Shown one piece after another: positions 1 through 12,321 of a DNA stretch of 64,000 bases. The stretch is taken from contig CBDDCX010000008.1 of NCBI GenBank assembly GCA_965226375.1, positions 864,001-928,000 of the forward strand. The letters are read 5' to 3'. The notes under the pieces are model-generated. The model worked only from the letters and a program-made list of their open reading frames with translations, ran no database searches and was not told the origin of the DNA. Within the stretch, counting starts at the first letter, position 1. Each line of letters opens with the position of its first letter. The position numbers and the translations under genes were made by a program. The DNA comes from Longimicrobiales bacterium (lineage in GTDB: Bacteria > Gemmatimonadota > Gemmatimonadetes > Longimicrobiales > Gaopeijiaceae).

Positions 1-402
1 GAGATCATTCGTGGACTGGCCACGAGCGATGACACGACGGCTGCCGTCGTCGGACTGTCCAAAGAACTCGGCAAGACCCCCGTGGAGGTGAACGACTTTC
101 CGGGGTTCGTCTCGAACCGCATCCTCGGCCCCATGATCAACGAGGCCGTGTTCGCGCTCATGGAGGGTGTCGCCAACGCGAAGGCGATCGACGACGTCAT
201 GAAGCTCGGCATGAACCACCCCATGGGCCCGTTGGCCCTTGCCGACCTCATCGGCCTGGACACGTGTCTCAACATCATGGAGGTGCTTCACCGGGAGCTT
301 GGCGACGACCGCTACCGACCGTGCCCCCTCCTCCGCAAGTACGTCGCCGCCGGTTGGCTGGGCAGGAAGACGGGTCGCGGATTCTACGAGTATGACGCTT
401 GA
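1..402 (+). CDS. 3-hydroxybutyryl-CoA dehydrogenase, C-terminal part (5' end outside window)
   Basis: Open frame from base 1 ([12 protein letters not shown]...); motifs [36 protein letters not shown]. Confidence 0.92.
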   Translation, partial: EIIRGLATSDDTTAAVVGLSKELGKTPVEVNDFPGFVSNRILGPMINEAVFALMEGVANAKAIDDVMKLGMNHPMGPLALADLIGLDTCLNIMEVLHRELGDDRYRPCPLLRKYVAAGWLGRKTGRGFYEYDA

Positions 403-1592
403 GCTCGGGAGGGTTCACGTCTGAGCAGCTGGAAATCCGGGCGCTGGCCCGGGAGTTCGCCGAAGGAGAGATCCGTCCTCACGCTGCCCGTTGGGATAAG
501 GAGCGGGACCTGGACTCCGAGATCTTCGACAAGCTCGCGGAGCTCGGCTTCATGGGTATGCGTGTGCCGGAACGGTACGGTGGATTGGATCTGGATCTCG
601 GCACGTATCTCCTGGCCCTGGAGGAGTTGGCGTGGGGGGACGCCAGCCTCGCGTTGGCCGTGGCGATCCACAACGGGCCTGTCACGACCCTGCTGCTCGA
701 GCACGGCTCCGACGAGCAGAAGGAAACCTACCTACCCGCCCTCGCCTCGGGCTCGCTTCTCGGTGCATTTGCGCTGTCTGAGCCCACGTCCGGCAGCGAC
801 GCCGCGTCGATCCAGACTCGCGCAACACCGACGGATGCGGGGACTTGGAGCCTGAGCGGCACGAAGCGTTGGGTGACCAACGGCGATCGGGCGGGTCTCG
901 TCATCGCTTTTGCCTCGACTGGAGGGGAGGAGGCCGATGAGACGGAGCGGTCTCTGGGCGCGTTTCTCTTAGAGTGGAACAACGAGGGATATAGCGTCGG
1001 AGAGAGGGAGATAACCATGGGTCTGCGGGCGTCGCAGACCGTGTCGGTCGAGTTGGAGGGAGTCCAGGTGGCATCGGATCGAGTGCTCGGAGATCCGACT
1101 CAGGGTCTTCGATACGCACTCGAGGCTTTGAACGTGGGCCGTCTCGGAGTCGCCGCTCAGTCTGTGGGCGTCGCTCAGGAGGCGTTCGAGCACGCAACGC
1201 AGTATGCGCTGGGGCGGCACCAGTTCGGCCAGGCAATCGCCCAGTTCGGCGCGATTCAGTTCAAGCTCGCCGACATGGCCACCCGCATTGCGGCGTCTCG
1301 GTCGCTTCTCCACACCGCCGCGGCGCGAATGGAAGCGGAGGACGACGGAGCGCTACGAGGTGCCGATTCGATTCCGGCCCTGGCGGCGATGGCCAAGCTG
1401 ACGGCCAGCGAGAGCGCCATGTGGATCGCCGATGAAGCGGTTCAGATATTCGGTGGTTATGGTTACATGCGAGACTATCCCGTCGAGAAACTGATGCGCG
1501 ATGCCAAGGGCACGGAGATCTACGAGGGCACCAGTGAGATCATGCGCGTCGTGATAGCCCGGGAGATTCTGAAGGAAGCACGGAACGGGTAA
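399..1592 (+). CDS. Acyl-CoA dehydrogenase
   Basis: [30 protein letters not shown] motifs. Confidence 0.95.
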   Translation: MSSGGFTSEQLEIRALAREFAEGEIRPHAARWDKERDLDSEIFDKLAELGFMGMRVPERYGGLDLDLGTYLLALEELAWGDASLALAVAIHNGPVTTLLLEHGSDEQKETYLPALASGSLLGAFALSEPTSGSDAASIQTRATPTDAGTWSLSGTKRWVTNGDRAGLVIAFASTGGEEADETERSLGAFLLEWNNEGYSVGEREITMGLRASQTVSVELEGVQVASDRVLGDPTQGLRYALEALNVGRLGVAAQSVGVAQEAFEHATQYALGRHQFGQAIAQFGAIQFKLADMATRIAASRSLLHTAAARMEAEDDGALRGADSIPALAAMAKLTASESAMWIADEAVQIFGGYGYMRDYPVEKLMRDAKGTEIYEGTSEIMRVVIAREILKEARNG

Positions 1593-1653
1593 CGCTACTA
1601 ACGTCCGGCATGCCCGGGCTTGACGAGGAACTCTTCGGGACGAGGCCGACGGA

Positions 1654-2712
1654 GTGATGGCAATATTTGACGCGATGGCCAAGCGGGGCCACGAGCAGCT
1701 CGTATTTTGGAGTGAGCCGTCCATCGGGTATCGGGGGCTTATTGCCATCCACGACACCACGCTGGGCCCGGCCCTCGGTGGCACCCGCTTCTGGAGTTAC
1801 CCCTCGGATGAGGCAGCGGTGATCGACGTGCTGCGACTCTCACGGGGCATGACCTACAAGGCGGCCATAACGGGTCTGAACCTGGGTGGTGGCAAGTCCG
1901 TGATCATGGGTGACAATCGGACTGTGGAGCGCGAGATGATTTTCCGCGCCCACGGGAGGGCAGTTGAGTCACTCAAGGGTCGATACATCACTGCGGAAGA
2001 CGTCGGCACGTCCGTGGACGATATGGAGTACGTCCACCTGGAGACCGATTCGGTGGCGGGTCTGAAGGAAGCCTCCGGTGACCCGTCGCCCATCACCGCG
2101 TTCGGGGTATACCGGGGCATCAAAGCCTGTGCCCAGTTCCGCTACGGCGACGATTCACTGGATGGCAAGCACGTCGTCGTCCAGGGTGTGGGGCACGTCG
2201 GGTATTATCTGTGCGAGGATCTGGCGGCCGACGGAGCAAAGCTCACGGTCTCAGACATCGATGAAGCGCGGGTCCAGCGGGTTGTGGACGACTTTGGAGC
2301 CGCGGTCGTCAGCGCCGAAGACGTGTGTCGGGTGGACGCCGACATCTACGCCCCGTGCGCGTTGGGTGCCGTCATCAACGATGAGACACTGAAAGAGCTC
2401 GAGGTCGATATCGTGGCGGGAGCCGCCAACAACCAACTGGCCGAGGGCCGTCACGGCCAGGCCCTTCACGACCGGGGAATTCTCTATGCCCCGGACTACG
2501 TGATCAACGCCGGTGGGTTGTGCAACGTCTACGGTGAGTTGCAGGGCTGGACGCCTGAGCAGAGCAAGAAGAAGGCGGGCGCCATCTACGACACGATCTT
2601 GCGCATTTTCAACAGAGCACAGAGTGAGGACATCCCTCCGAACGAAGCTGCGGACCGGGTTGCCCGGCAACGCATCCGCGAAGCTCGTGAGCTCCGGCGT
2701 AGCCACATCTAG
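1654..2712 (+). CDS. ldh: Leucine dehydrogenase (Glu/Leu/Phe/Val dehydrogenase family)
   Basis: IAIHDTTLGPALGGTR, GMTYK, GGGKSVI, AEDVGT, YAPDYVINAGG. Confidence 0.92.
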   Translation: MMAIFDAMAKRGHEQLVFWSEPSIGYRGLIAIHDTTLGPALGGTRFWSYPSDEAAVIDVLRLSRGMTYKAAITGLNLGGGKSVIMGDNRTVEREMIFRAHGRAVESLKGRYITAEDVGTSVDDMEYVHLETDSVAGLKEASGDPSPITAFGVYRGIKACAQFRYGDDSLDGKHVVVQGVGHVGYYLCEDLAADGAKLTVSDIDEARVQRVVDDFGAAVVSAEDVCRVDADIYAPCALGAVINDETLKELEVDIVAGAANNQLAEGRHGQALHDRGILYAPDYVINAGGLCNVYGELQGWTPEQSKKKAGAIYDTILRIFNRAQSEDIPPNEAADRVARQRIREARELRRSHI

Positions 2713-2757
2713 TTTCCGTATGGCCTCAATGCACGTCCGTCGATACTTTCGGCCGCC

Positions 2758-4017
2758 ATGGACGATCTAAAGAGCACCGATCCCGAGATCTTCGAGGCCA
2801 TCCGAGCCGAAGCCGGACGCCAATCCACCCAACTCGAGCTCATCGCCAGCGAGAACTTCGTTTCCCGAGCCGTGCTTCAGGCCATGGGTACGGTGATGGC
2901 CAACAAGTACGCGGAGGGGCTTCCGGGCAAGCGCTACTATGGCGGTTGCGAGCACGTGGATGTGGCGGAAGAGCTCGCCCGTAGTCGTGCCATGGAGCTG
3001 TTCGGGGCGGAGCACGCCAACGTGCAGGCCCACGCCGGTGCCCAGGCAAACATGGCGGCGTACTTCGCCTTCCTGGAGCCGGGGGACACAATTCTCGGGA
3101 TGAAGTTGAGCCACGGTGGCCATCTGACCCATGGATCTCCGGTGAACTTCAGCGGGCAACTCTTCGAGGTCGCGGCGTACGGGGTTCGCGAGTCCGACGG
3201 ACGCATCGACTACGATGCTCTCCGCGAGCAGGCCCGCGAAACCCGGCCGAAGATGATCGTGGCCGGTGCGAGCGCGTATCCCCGTATCATCGACTTTGAG
3301 ACGTTCGGTGAGATCGCTCGCGAGGTGGGTGCCATCATGTTCGTGGACATGGCCCACATCGCGGGGTTGGTGGCCGCAGACGTACATCCGAGTCCGGTGC
3401 CCCACTCCGACGTGGTGACCACGACTACACACAAGACGCTTCGGGGACCGCGGGGTGGCCTGATGCTCTGTAAGGAGGAGCACGCCGGCGCCATCGACAA
3501 GTCGGTCTTTCCGGGCACGCAGGGGGGCCCCCTGATGCACATCATCGCCGCAAAGGCAGTGGCTTTCAGAGAAGCCCTTCAGCCCGACTTCAAGAGTTAC
3601 CAGCGCCAGATCGTTGCGAACGCCCGCGCTCTCGCAGAGACTTTGGCGGAGCACGGGTTTTTCCTGGTCAGCGGGGGCACGGACAATCACCTGCTCCTCG
3701 TGGATCTTCGCATGAGCCATGAAGAGCTCACGGGCAAAGAGGCCGAGAAGGCTCTGGAGTTGGCCGGGATGACGGTCAACAAGAACACCGTTCCGGGTGA
3801 GACCCGGTCGCCGTTCGTCACCTCCGGACTCCGGATCGGGGCCTCTGCTGTGACGACCCGAGGGCTTATGGAAACCGACATGCGGCAGATCGGCGATTGG
3901 ATCGCCAAGGTGCTCACCGACCCGACCGACGAAGACATGATCGCAGGTGTGCGCGGGGAGATCGACGAGATGTGCCAAGCCTTCCCGCTCTATCAAGACT
4001 TGGCGGCCCGCGCTTAG
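2758..4017 (+). CDS. glyA: Serine hydroxymethyltransferase
   Basis: [33 protein letters not shown]-lysine motif. Confidence 0.98.
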   Translation: MDDLKSTDPEIFEAIRAEAGRQSTQLELIASENFVSRAVLQAMGTVMANKYAEGLPGKRYYGGCEHVDVAEELARSRAMELFGAEHANVQAHAGAQANMAAYFAFLEPGDTILGMKLSHGGHLTHGSPVNFSGQLFEVAAYGVRESDGRIDYDALREQARETRPKMIVAGASAYPRIIDFETFGEIAREVGAIMFVDMAHIAGLVAADVHPSPVPHSDVVTTTTHKTLRGPRGGLMLCKEEHAGAIDKSVFPGTQGGPLMHIIAAKAVAFREALQPDFKSYQRQIVANARALAETLAEHGFFLVSGGTDNHLLLVDLRMSHEELTGKEAEKALELAGMTVNKNTVPGETRSPFVTSGLRIGASAVTTRGLMETDMRQIGDWIAKVLTDPTDEDMIAGVRGEIDEMCQAFPLYQDLAARA

Positions 4018-4084
4018 AAGGCTGTGACCTCTTGGACGCCGGGGCAGCTTGGCGCCAGGACCGCAAGCGCGTAAGATTTCTCTT

Positions 4085-4465
4085 ATGTCCGAGCTCCAGT
4101 TTGCAGAAGAGGTCCTGGATCAGCTCCAGGAAAAGCACCCCCGTTTCCACGGGAAGGCGTACCTCTTCCTGCTTTCCTCCCTTCACCGGGTGATGGAAGG
4201 TTTGAAGGAGCCAAGGCATATCTCGGGCCGGGAGCTGGCCGAGGGAGTCCGTGGACTCGCCTTGGAGCGTTTTGGTCCGATGGCACGGACCGTTTTGCAG
4301 CATTGGGGTATCCACACGACCGAGGATCTGGGGGACATCGTATTCGCCTTGGTCGACTGCGGCGTCCTGATCAGGCAAGACGGGGACAGTCCCGAGGACT
4401 TCCGTGATGTTTTCGACTTCGAGCAAGCGTTCGAGCAGGATTATCCGTGGAGTCCTGGAATTTGA
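4085..4465 (+). CDS. Conserved hypothetical protein (Minf_1886-like family)
   Basis: RHISGRELAEG...FGPMARTVLQHWGI..TEDLGDIVFALV pattern; ATG at 4085 preferred over the upstream TTG. Confidence 0.75.
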   Translation: MSELQFAEEVLDQLQEKHPRFHGKAYLFLLSSLHRVMEGLKEPRHISGRELAEGVRGLALERFGPMARTVLQHWGIHTTEDLGDIVFALVDCGVLIRQDGDSPEDFRDVFDFEQAFEQDYPWSPGI

Positions 4466-4583
4466 GGTTGCGGCCCCGAGGGCCGAATTCTATCGAGTAC
4501 CATTACGAAGCAGCGACTGCCCCGCCGCCGGTCGGCTGACGGGGGACTCGCTAAACTGAAAACGCCGTAGGGAGGGGTCGAAC

Positions 4584-4781
4584 ATGCCGGAAGAATCTGG
4601 GTTTCCTCGTTGTCAAAAGTGCGATACGGGGATCCTGTTGCCGCTTTCGGACTATGGACGCGACGGGGCCGCGATCCGTTACAAAGCCTGGGTGTGTTCC
4701 CGTCCCGAATGCGGGTTCAACATCCGGATCGACAATGGGGAGATTTCGCTGGGCCGCAGTATCGGGCAGAGCTACAAGTAG
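4584..4781 (+). CDS. Small zinc-ribbon protein
   Basis: 65 aa with CQKC and CSRPEC pairs; GGAGG upstream. Confidence 0.75.
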   Translation: MPEESGFPRCQKCDTGILLPLSDYGRDGAAIRYKAWVCSRPECGFNIRIDNGEISLGRSIGQSYK

Positions 4782-4910
4782 TTCCCTTCCTCCCGCGTGT
4801 TCTGACCGGCGTCCGGTGCGTGCCTGCCGCCGCTTCACTTCGTATCCGCGACTACTGAACTGAATTTCGATCCAGCCTGCCAGGGGGTGGGCGCCGAGCG
4901 TCGAGACTCC

Positions 4911-6512
4911 ATGACCGGGATCCCTGTTCGCCCTTTCGGAGGACCATGCGTCTGGGCTCCGACGGGCACCGAGGCGGCCGCTTTCGACCGCATGGTCATC
5001 GACGAACTAAGTGTGCCGCAGGTCACCCTCATGGAGTGCGCCGGCCGTTCCGCCGCGCACGTTCTCGATCGACTCTACCCGCGTGGTGAGGTGGTTGCGT
5101 TCGTAGGAGCGGGCAACAACGGGGGCGACGCCCTCGTCCTTCTGCGGACTCTTCGCTCGTGGGGTAGACCCGTGAAGGCGGTGCTCGTCGCGGACCGACC
5201 CGCGAACGATCCCCTGCTTCACGGCTGGGACGTGATGTACGGGAGTGATGGCGGGAACCGCGAAGCGAATGCGGCTTCCGATGAGGGCGGACCGCCTGAG
5301 TCTGCTCTGGCCCCGACCAACGTGGTGGTCGATGGGATTCTCGGTACCGGAATCAAGGGAGCGCCCCGGGCCCGGCAGGCGCGAGCGATCCAAGCGATCA
5401 ACGGAGCCGGGCTTCCCGTGTTTGCGTTGGACATCCCGTCAGGTATCGATGCGGACACGGGGCGAATCGAGGGAGAAGCGGTGGTCGCTCACGTGACCGT
5501 GGCCTTGGGCTGGCCGAAGCTCGGTAGCCTCCTGCAGCCTGCGAGGGCCAACGTCGGACGGTTGATCGCTGTCGAGATCGGCTTTCCCCCGGTTGGCGAG
5601 GGCGCGTTCGGAGCTGCGGTCGTAACACCTGCATGGGCGTCCGAGCGGATACCGCAGCGAGAGCCCGATACCCACAAGAACCGGGTAGGTGCTCTGCTCC
5701 TCGTGGCTGGCCGGTCCGGCATGGCTGGGGCCGCGGTGATGGCAGGCAGGGCAGCCCTGCGCGCCGGCGTGGGCCTCCTCCGCGTCGTATCGGCGGCCGA
5801 GAACCGTGAGATCATACAGGCGTCGGTTCCCGAGGCGATCTTTGTGGCGGACGACGACACGGACGCGGTGAGGGACGCATCAACGGCGTCACGTGCCATT
5901 GCGGCCGGGCCCGGCCTGGGAGATGGCGCGGAAGGGGCGACGCTTCTCGAGGTGATCCGCGAGGCCAGCTCGGGCCGCCCGACGGTGTTGGACGCCGACG
6001 CCCTCAACCTGGCCGCTTCGGGGAAAGGACCCGGCGTGGGCCGCTGGGCCCACGGAAGGGATGTGCTGGTCACACCTCATCTCGGCGAGATGCGGGGCCT
6101 GTCGGGCCTGACTGGTGAGGTTATCGGAGGAGACCGGATGTCGGCCGCCAGGGCATTTGCGTCCGAGTCCAACGCGACCGTCCTGCTCAAGGGGCTGCCG
6201 TCCATCGTGGTGTCCGCAGAAGGCACCTGTTGGGTAGACGCGGTGGGCAGCTCCGATTTGGCGAGCGGCGGGATGGGCGATGTGCTCACCGGTGTGGCTG
6301 GGGCGCTGCTTGCTCAGGGATCTGCGCCCGACGTGGCGGGTGCCCTGGCACTCCACCTGACGGGTCGCGCGGCCGCTCGTGCCGACAAGGGAGCGGGCCT
6401 CACGCCGTCCGACGTCATCGAGGCGCTTCCAGCGGTGTGGGATGAACAGGGCCCGGGTGAAAGTGATCTGGGTCTGCCCTTCGTACTCTTCGACCAGGAT
6501 TCCGCCAGATGA
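4911..6512 (+). CDS. nnr: Bifunctional NAD(P)H-hydrate epimerase/dehydratase
   Basis: LME.AG, GAGNNGGD, DGILGTG, DIPSG (YjeF-N); VLDADAL, TPHLGE, GGMGDVLTG (dehydratase). Start uncertain (4887 or 4911). Confidence 0.93.
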   Translation: MTGIPVRPFGGPCVWAPTGTEAAAFDRMVIDELSVPQVTLMECAGRSAAHVLDRLYPRGEVVAFVGAGNNGGDALVLLRTLRSWGRPVKAVLVADRPANDPLLHGWDVMYGSDGGNREANAASDEGGPPESALAPTNVVVDGILGTGIKGAPRARQARAIQAINGAGLPVFALDIPSGIDADTGRIEGEAVVAHVTVALGWPKLGSLLQPARANVGRLIAVEIGFPPVGEGAFGAAVVTPAWASERIPQREPDTHKNRVGALLLVAGRSGMAGAAVMAGRAALRAGVGLLRVVSAAENREIIQASVPEAIFVADDDTDAVRDASTASRAIAAGPGLGDGAEGATLLEVIREASSGRPTVLDADALNLAASGKGPGVGRWAHGRDVLVTPHLGEMRGLSGLTGEVIGGDRMSAARAFASESNATVLLKGLPSIVVSAEGTCWVDAVGSSDLASGGMGDVLTGVAGALLAQGSAPDVAGALALHLTGRAAARADKGAGLTPSDVIEALPAVWDEQGPGESDLGLPFVLFDQDSAR

Positions 6513-7528
6513 TCACGACGGATTCGGCCGAGGGATCAGAGAAAGATCGAACGACGCGCATGGGACCCGGAAGGGAGTTCGATCTTATTCGGGCTTTGGT
6601 CGGCGAGTCGGACGTTCTTCCGCCCTCCGTCCTGGTCGGGCCGGGGGACGATGCAGCGGTGTTGCAGATTGGCCGACTCGTGGTGACCACCGACCTCTCG
6701 GTCGAGGATGTGCACTTTCGCCGTTCCTGGGTCACCCTTGAGGAGGTGGGTTTTCGTGCGGTCGTTGCCGCCGCGAGCGACCTTGCGGCCATGGCGGCCA
6801 GACCCGTCGGTGTGCTGCTTTCGGTGGCCGTAGCAGCGGACGAGGCTCAGATCGTGTTGACCGAGCTCGGTCGTGGAGTGCACGAAGCGCTCGTTGATCT
6901 CGGGGCGGCGCTGGTCGGTGGAGACCTCACTGCGTCACCGGGACCTCTGGTTCTCGACGTTACCGTGCTCGGTGAGGCCACCGACCCGATCACGCGTCGG
7001 GGAGCCGTTGCCGGTGACGAGATCTGGGTGAGCGGCGTCCTGGGTGGCAGCTCGGCAGCCGTTCGCGCCTGGAGCGTCGGAGCGGAGCCGGATCCGGGGC
7101 TGCGGAGCGCGTTCACCCGACCCGCCGCCCGTGTCCGGGAGGCCCGCTGGCTCGTTGAGCACGGCGACGTGCATGCCATGATCGACCTCTCCGACGGACT
7201 CGCGGGAGATGTGGGCCACCTGGCCGCGGCGTCCGGCGTACGCATCGAGATCGAGTCCGCACGGGTACCCGTGCACCCCCTGCTGGATGCCGGTGATGCG
7301 ACGCTCGCCCTGTCGGGGGGCGAAGACTATGAGCTTTGCATCGCGTCGGCCCCGGGGGCTATGGAACCCTTGGTCGATGGGTTCCTCGAGAGGTTCGACA
7401 CATCCCTCACGCAGGTGGGCCGTGTGCTGGAGGGTGAGGGAGTGCACATCGAGGGATCAGATGTCTCCGGTGGGCCCGCGGGCGCTGGGGGATTCGATCA
7501 CTTCACGCCACGGGAGTGCGCATGCTGA
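6509..7528 (+). CDS. thiL: Thiamine-phosphate kinase
   Basis: GPGDDAAV, SDLAAMAA, GGD, IDLSDGL, GGEDYEL. Confidence 0.95.
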   Translation: MITTDSAEGSEKDRTTRMGPGREFDLIRALVGESDVLPPSVLVGPGDDAAVLQIGRLVVTTDLSVEDVHFRRSWVTLEEVGFRAVVAAASDLAAMAARPVGVLLSVAVAADEAQIVLTELGRGVHEALVDLGAALVGGDLTASPGPLVLDVTVLGEATDPITRRGAVAGDEIWVSGVLGGSSAAVRAWSVGAEPDPGLRSAFTRPAARVREARWLVEHGDVHAMIDLSDGLAGDVGHLAAASGVRIEIESARVPVHPLLDAGDATLALSGGEDYELCIASAPGAMEPLVDGFLERFDTSLTQVGRVLEGEGVHIEGSDVSGGPAGAGGFDHFTPRECAC

Positions 7529-8304
7529 GGTCGGCGTGGCTGCTCAGCGCCGGGGCGGTTCTCACGGCATGGTACGCCGGCAAGGTCTACCTGCTGGCGC
7601 TGTTCGGCGCGAAGGACGCGCTCGGCCGGTCCTGCCATCCGGCGGCTCGGAACTGGTCCCGATCTATCCTCAAATTGGCCGGGGTCTCGGTGCGGCTCGA
7701 GGGAGAGGAGAACCTCGACCGGGACGGGGCGGTCATCGTCATCGCGAACCATGAATCATGGTTCGACGTTTGGGCCTTGGCGGGATGGCTGCCCATCGAG
7801 GCCCGCTTCCTTGCCAAGAAGGAGCTCTCGAGCATCCCGATCTTCGGACGCGCGTGGCGGGCATGTGGGCACATATCCATCGATCGAGGAAACCGGGAGT
7901 CCGCGATCGCGTCCCTCACCCGGGCGGGCCTGCAGATCCGGGACGAGGGCCTGCACATGGTGCTGTTCGCCGAGGGCACACGGTCGGACAACGGCGAGCT
8001 TCAGCCGTTCAAGAAGGGACCCTTCGTGTTGGCCATCCAGGGGGGGGTCCCTATCGTTCCGGTGGCCATCATCGGTACCCGCCGGCTGATGCCTAAGGGA
8101 TCGTTCAGGATTGGACGCGGCGAGATTATGGTCCGTGTGGGGGAGCCTATTCCCGCGACGGGCATGGACCATGACGACCGTGATCGACTCAAGAAGATTG
8201 TCCGGGATGCTGTAGCTGAGTTGCGAGGTGGCGAGGGTCGTACCTCCTATCTCCCGGGTGAAGGGCCGTCGGAGCAGGCGCCGGAGGCGCCCGATCATCA
8301 CTGA
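7522..8304 (+). CDS. plsC: 1-acyl-sn-glycerol-3-phosphate acyltransferase (PlsC family)
   Basis: NHESWFD (HX4D), AKKEL, FAEGTRS, FKKG motifs. Confidence 0.9.
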   Translation: MLRSAWLLSAGAVLTAWYAGKVYLLALFGAKDALGRSCHPAARNWSRSILKLAGVSVRLEGEENLDRDGAVIVIANHESWFDVWALAGWLPIEARFLAKKELSSIPIFGRAWRACGHISIDRGNRESAIASLTRAGLQIRDEGLHMVLFAEGTRSDNGELQPFKKGPFVLAIQGGVPIVPVAIIGTRRLMPKGSFRIGRGEIMVRVGEPIPATGMDHDDRDRLKKIVRDAVAELRGGEGRTSYLPGEGPSEQAPEAPDHH

Positions 8305-8353
8305 AACCATGAAGCGGGGCCGCATGGCCTCGATCATCGATAGGAGTGGGTAA

Positions 8354-9929
<1,576 letters not shown>

Positions 9930-9933
<4 letters not shown>

Positions 9934-10979
9934 CCCGGGCTCTCACCCGGATCGGGGCTCTCACCCGGATCGGGGCTCTCACCCGGATCGGGGCTCTCAC
10001 CCGGATCGGGGCTCTCACCCGGATCGGGGCTCTCACCCGGATCGGCTCTCACGGCCGACTCGGCAGGGACCGAGGCCGGCTGAGGGTCCGTCTTTCCGCT
10101 CCCAATGCCCAAGAACGCCTTCGCGGCCTCGGCCAGCATGGTCTGGTCGGCTCCCTCTGGTAGCGCCAGCCCCTCCCCGGCTGCCTCGAGCGCCTTGGCG
10201 GAGGGTCGCTCTCCGGACCGCCAACGCTCTCCGGCCTCGAGAAGGGGCGTGAACAGGTCCATGGGGATGGGAAACACCGTCGTGGAATTGTTCTCCGCGG
10301 CGATCTCTACCACGGTCTGCAGGAACCGCAGCTGGATGGCCACTGGATAGTGCTGGATGATCTCCGCGGCCTCGGCGAGCTTCGCGGCCGCCTGGGCTTC
10401 TCCGGCCGCCGCGATGACCTTTCCGCGGCGTTCCCGCTCGGCCTCGGCCTGTTTGGCCATGGCGCGCTTCATCTCGTGGGGGAGGTCGATGTCCTTGACC
10501 TCGACGGACGTGACCTCGATCCCCCACGGATCGGTCCCCTGGTCGATGATCCGGCAGACGACTTCGTTGATCTGCTCCCGCTTCACCAGGATCTCGTCGA
10601 GCTCGGATTGGCCGATAACGCTCCGAAGTGTGGTCTGGGCGAGCTGGCTGGTGGCGAAGTAGTAGTCCTCGATCTCAACCACGGCCTTGGCGGGGTCCGC
10701 CACCCGGAAGTACACGACAGCATTCACTTTAATGCTGACGTTGTCCTTCGTGATGGTGTCCTGCGGCGCGATGTCGAGCGCCACGATGCGCAGATCCATC
10801 TTCCTCATGCGCTCGATCGCGAACGGGACCAGGAAGATGAGTCCTGGGCCCTTGGCCCGTGTCAGCTTTCCAAGCCGGAACACCACGCCTCTCTCGTATT
10901 CGTAGAGGACCCGAAGGCTGGAGAGCAACGCTACACCCGCCACGATGGCCGCGGGGATTAGAATGGCTCCGAAGTCCAT
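9930..10979 (-). CDS. Slipin / SPFH (band 7) family protein with repetitive C-terminal tail
   Basis: [37 protein letters not shown]; start placed at MDFGAIL after a GGGGG SD-like run. Confidence 0.93.
9936..10052. repeat. 18-bp tandem repeat (GGGGCTCTCACCCGGATC, ~6 copies) encoding DPGESP repeats in the slipin tail
   Basis: Directly visible periodicity. Confidence 0.95.
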
Positions 10980-11131
10980 GAAACGCCCCCCCTGATGCCA
11001 GGAATGTCCGTTGTCGTACCGTACCAAGACTACGTGCTTGCAAGAGTACCCCTTCAAGTCCGAAATAGCCCATCGATCCGCCTTGACACCCCTCCGCACT
11101 CTTGGGAGTTTTTGTGGCGCGACCACATGGA

Positions 11132-11205
11132 GGCGGAGTAGCTCAGGTGGTTAGAGCAGCGGAATCATAATCCGCGTGTCGGGGGTTCGAGTCCCTCCTC
11201 CGCTA
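11132..11205 (+). tRNA. tRNA-Met (CAT), probably elongator; CCA not encoded
   Basis: Acceptor GGCGGAG/CTCCGCT, anticodon arm GCGGA-ATCATAA-TCCGC, T-loop GTTCGAG. Confidence 0.95.
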
Positions 11206-11223
11206 TTCGAGGCACAAGCCGAC

Positions 11224-11264
11224 GCCGGCCTCTCGGGACCTTCCCGAGGGGCCGGTCGTTGTTT
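11224..11264 (+). terminator. GC-rich hairpin after tRNA-Met, possible terminator
   Basis: GCCGGCCTCTCGGGA-cct-TCCCGAGGGGCCGGT followed by a weak T-rich tract. Confidence 0.45.
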
Positions 11265-11354
11265 CGGACCCTGGTCAAGTCCGGGCCTGTGGCGCCCGAC
11301 GACCGGAGAGTCTAGGGTGTGGCCCATATTCACCCGCGATCGTCAAAGGCTCTC

Positions 11355-12321
11355 ATGTCCGCTACGCCCCCTCGGGGTCCCAGCCGGCGCCGGTTCCTTC
11401 ATCAGTCCGCCTCCTGTGGGGCACACCTTCTGCTCGCGTCCACCTTCGCTCCATCGTTCGTGCGCCGGGCCTTTGCGGCTACACCCGCGGGTGTGGTCCA
11501 AGCCGTGGAGCCGTGGGGTCGCCTCGAGGAGATCGCCGAAGGCGTCTGGGTGTTGGTTTCGACGCCTCTCAAGGAGGGCGACTTTACGACTCTGTCCAAC
11601 GGTGGCTTCATCGTCGGGCGAGATGGGATCCTGGCCGTCGAAGGGCTGGCCACGGTCGAAGGAGCCCGATGGGTGGGCGATGCGGCCGAGCGCCTTACGG
11701 GACGCCGACCCACCCACGTGGTGCTCAGTCACTATCACGGTGACCACTCGGTAGGGCAGGGTGGATACCGGGCCCGACCCGGTGAGTTACGAGTGATGGC
11801 TACCGGCGAGACACACCGGCTTCTCGCGGGAGAGGAGCGGGATCGACTTCTTCCCAACCTGGTCATCGCGGAGGCGGATACCCCGACGGAAATCGACTTG
11901 GGCGGCTGGGTCGTGCGCATCACGGCAAGAGAGGGACACACGTCGAGTGACATCACGGTAGAGGTCGATGATCCGAGGATCGTGTGGTGCGGGGACCTCG
12001 TCTGGAACGGCCTCTTTCCGAACTACCGCGACGCGCGTCCGGCCCGCATGATGCGTCACGTACGCGAGATCCTCGTGGAGCCACAGGCTCTCTATGTGCC
12101 CGGTCACGGTGATACCTCGGATCTGGCGGGGCTCGCTCCTTACCTGGATCTCCTGGAGGACGTGGGGTTGGCGGCCACGCGAGCGGTGGAGGCCGGCACC
12201 CCGGTGGCGGAGGCGGCTCTGGCCTATGTGGTGCCCGAGTCTCTGGGCGAATGGGCATGTTCAATCCCCGATATTACGAGGTGGCCTTCGGCGCCTGGGA
12301 GAGGGATCTCCGGAGCGGCGG
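11355..12321 (+). CDS. Tat-exported MBL-fold metallo-hydrolase, apparently frameshifted near its 3' end
   Basis: SRRRFL Tat motif, SHYHGDH, GHT, GD, VPGHG; plausible C-terminus MFNPRYYEVAFGAWERDL lies in another frame from ~12255; end coordinate approximate. Confidence 0.8.

Noticed and set aside
2767..3996. Long antisense ORFs (also 7756-9033, 16789-17931, 32831-33946 and others)
   Set aside because: Shadow frames of well-supported high-GC genes with no recognisable motifs
9936..10052. CRISPR array
   Set aside because: Contiguous 18-nt units with no spacers, inside a CDS; no cas genes in the window
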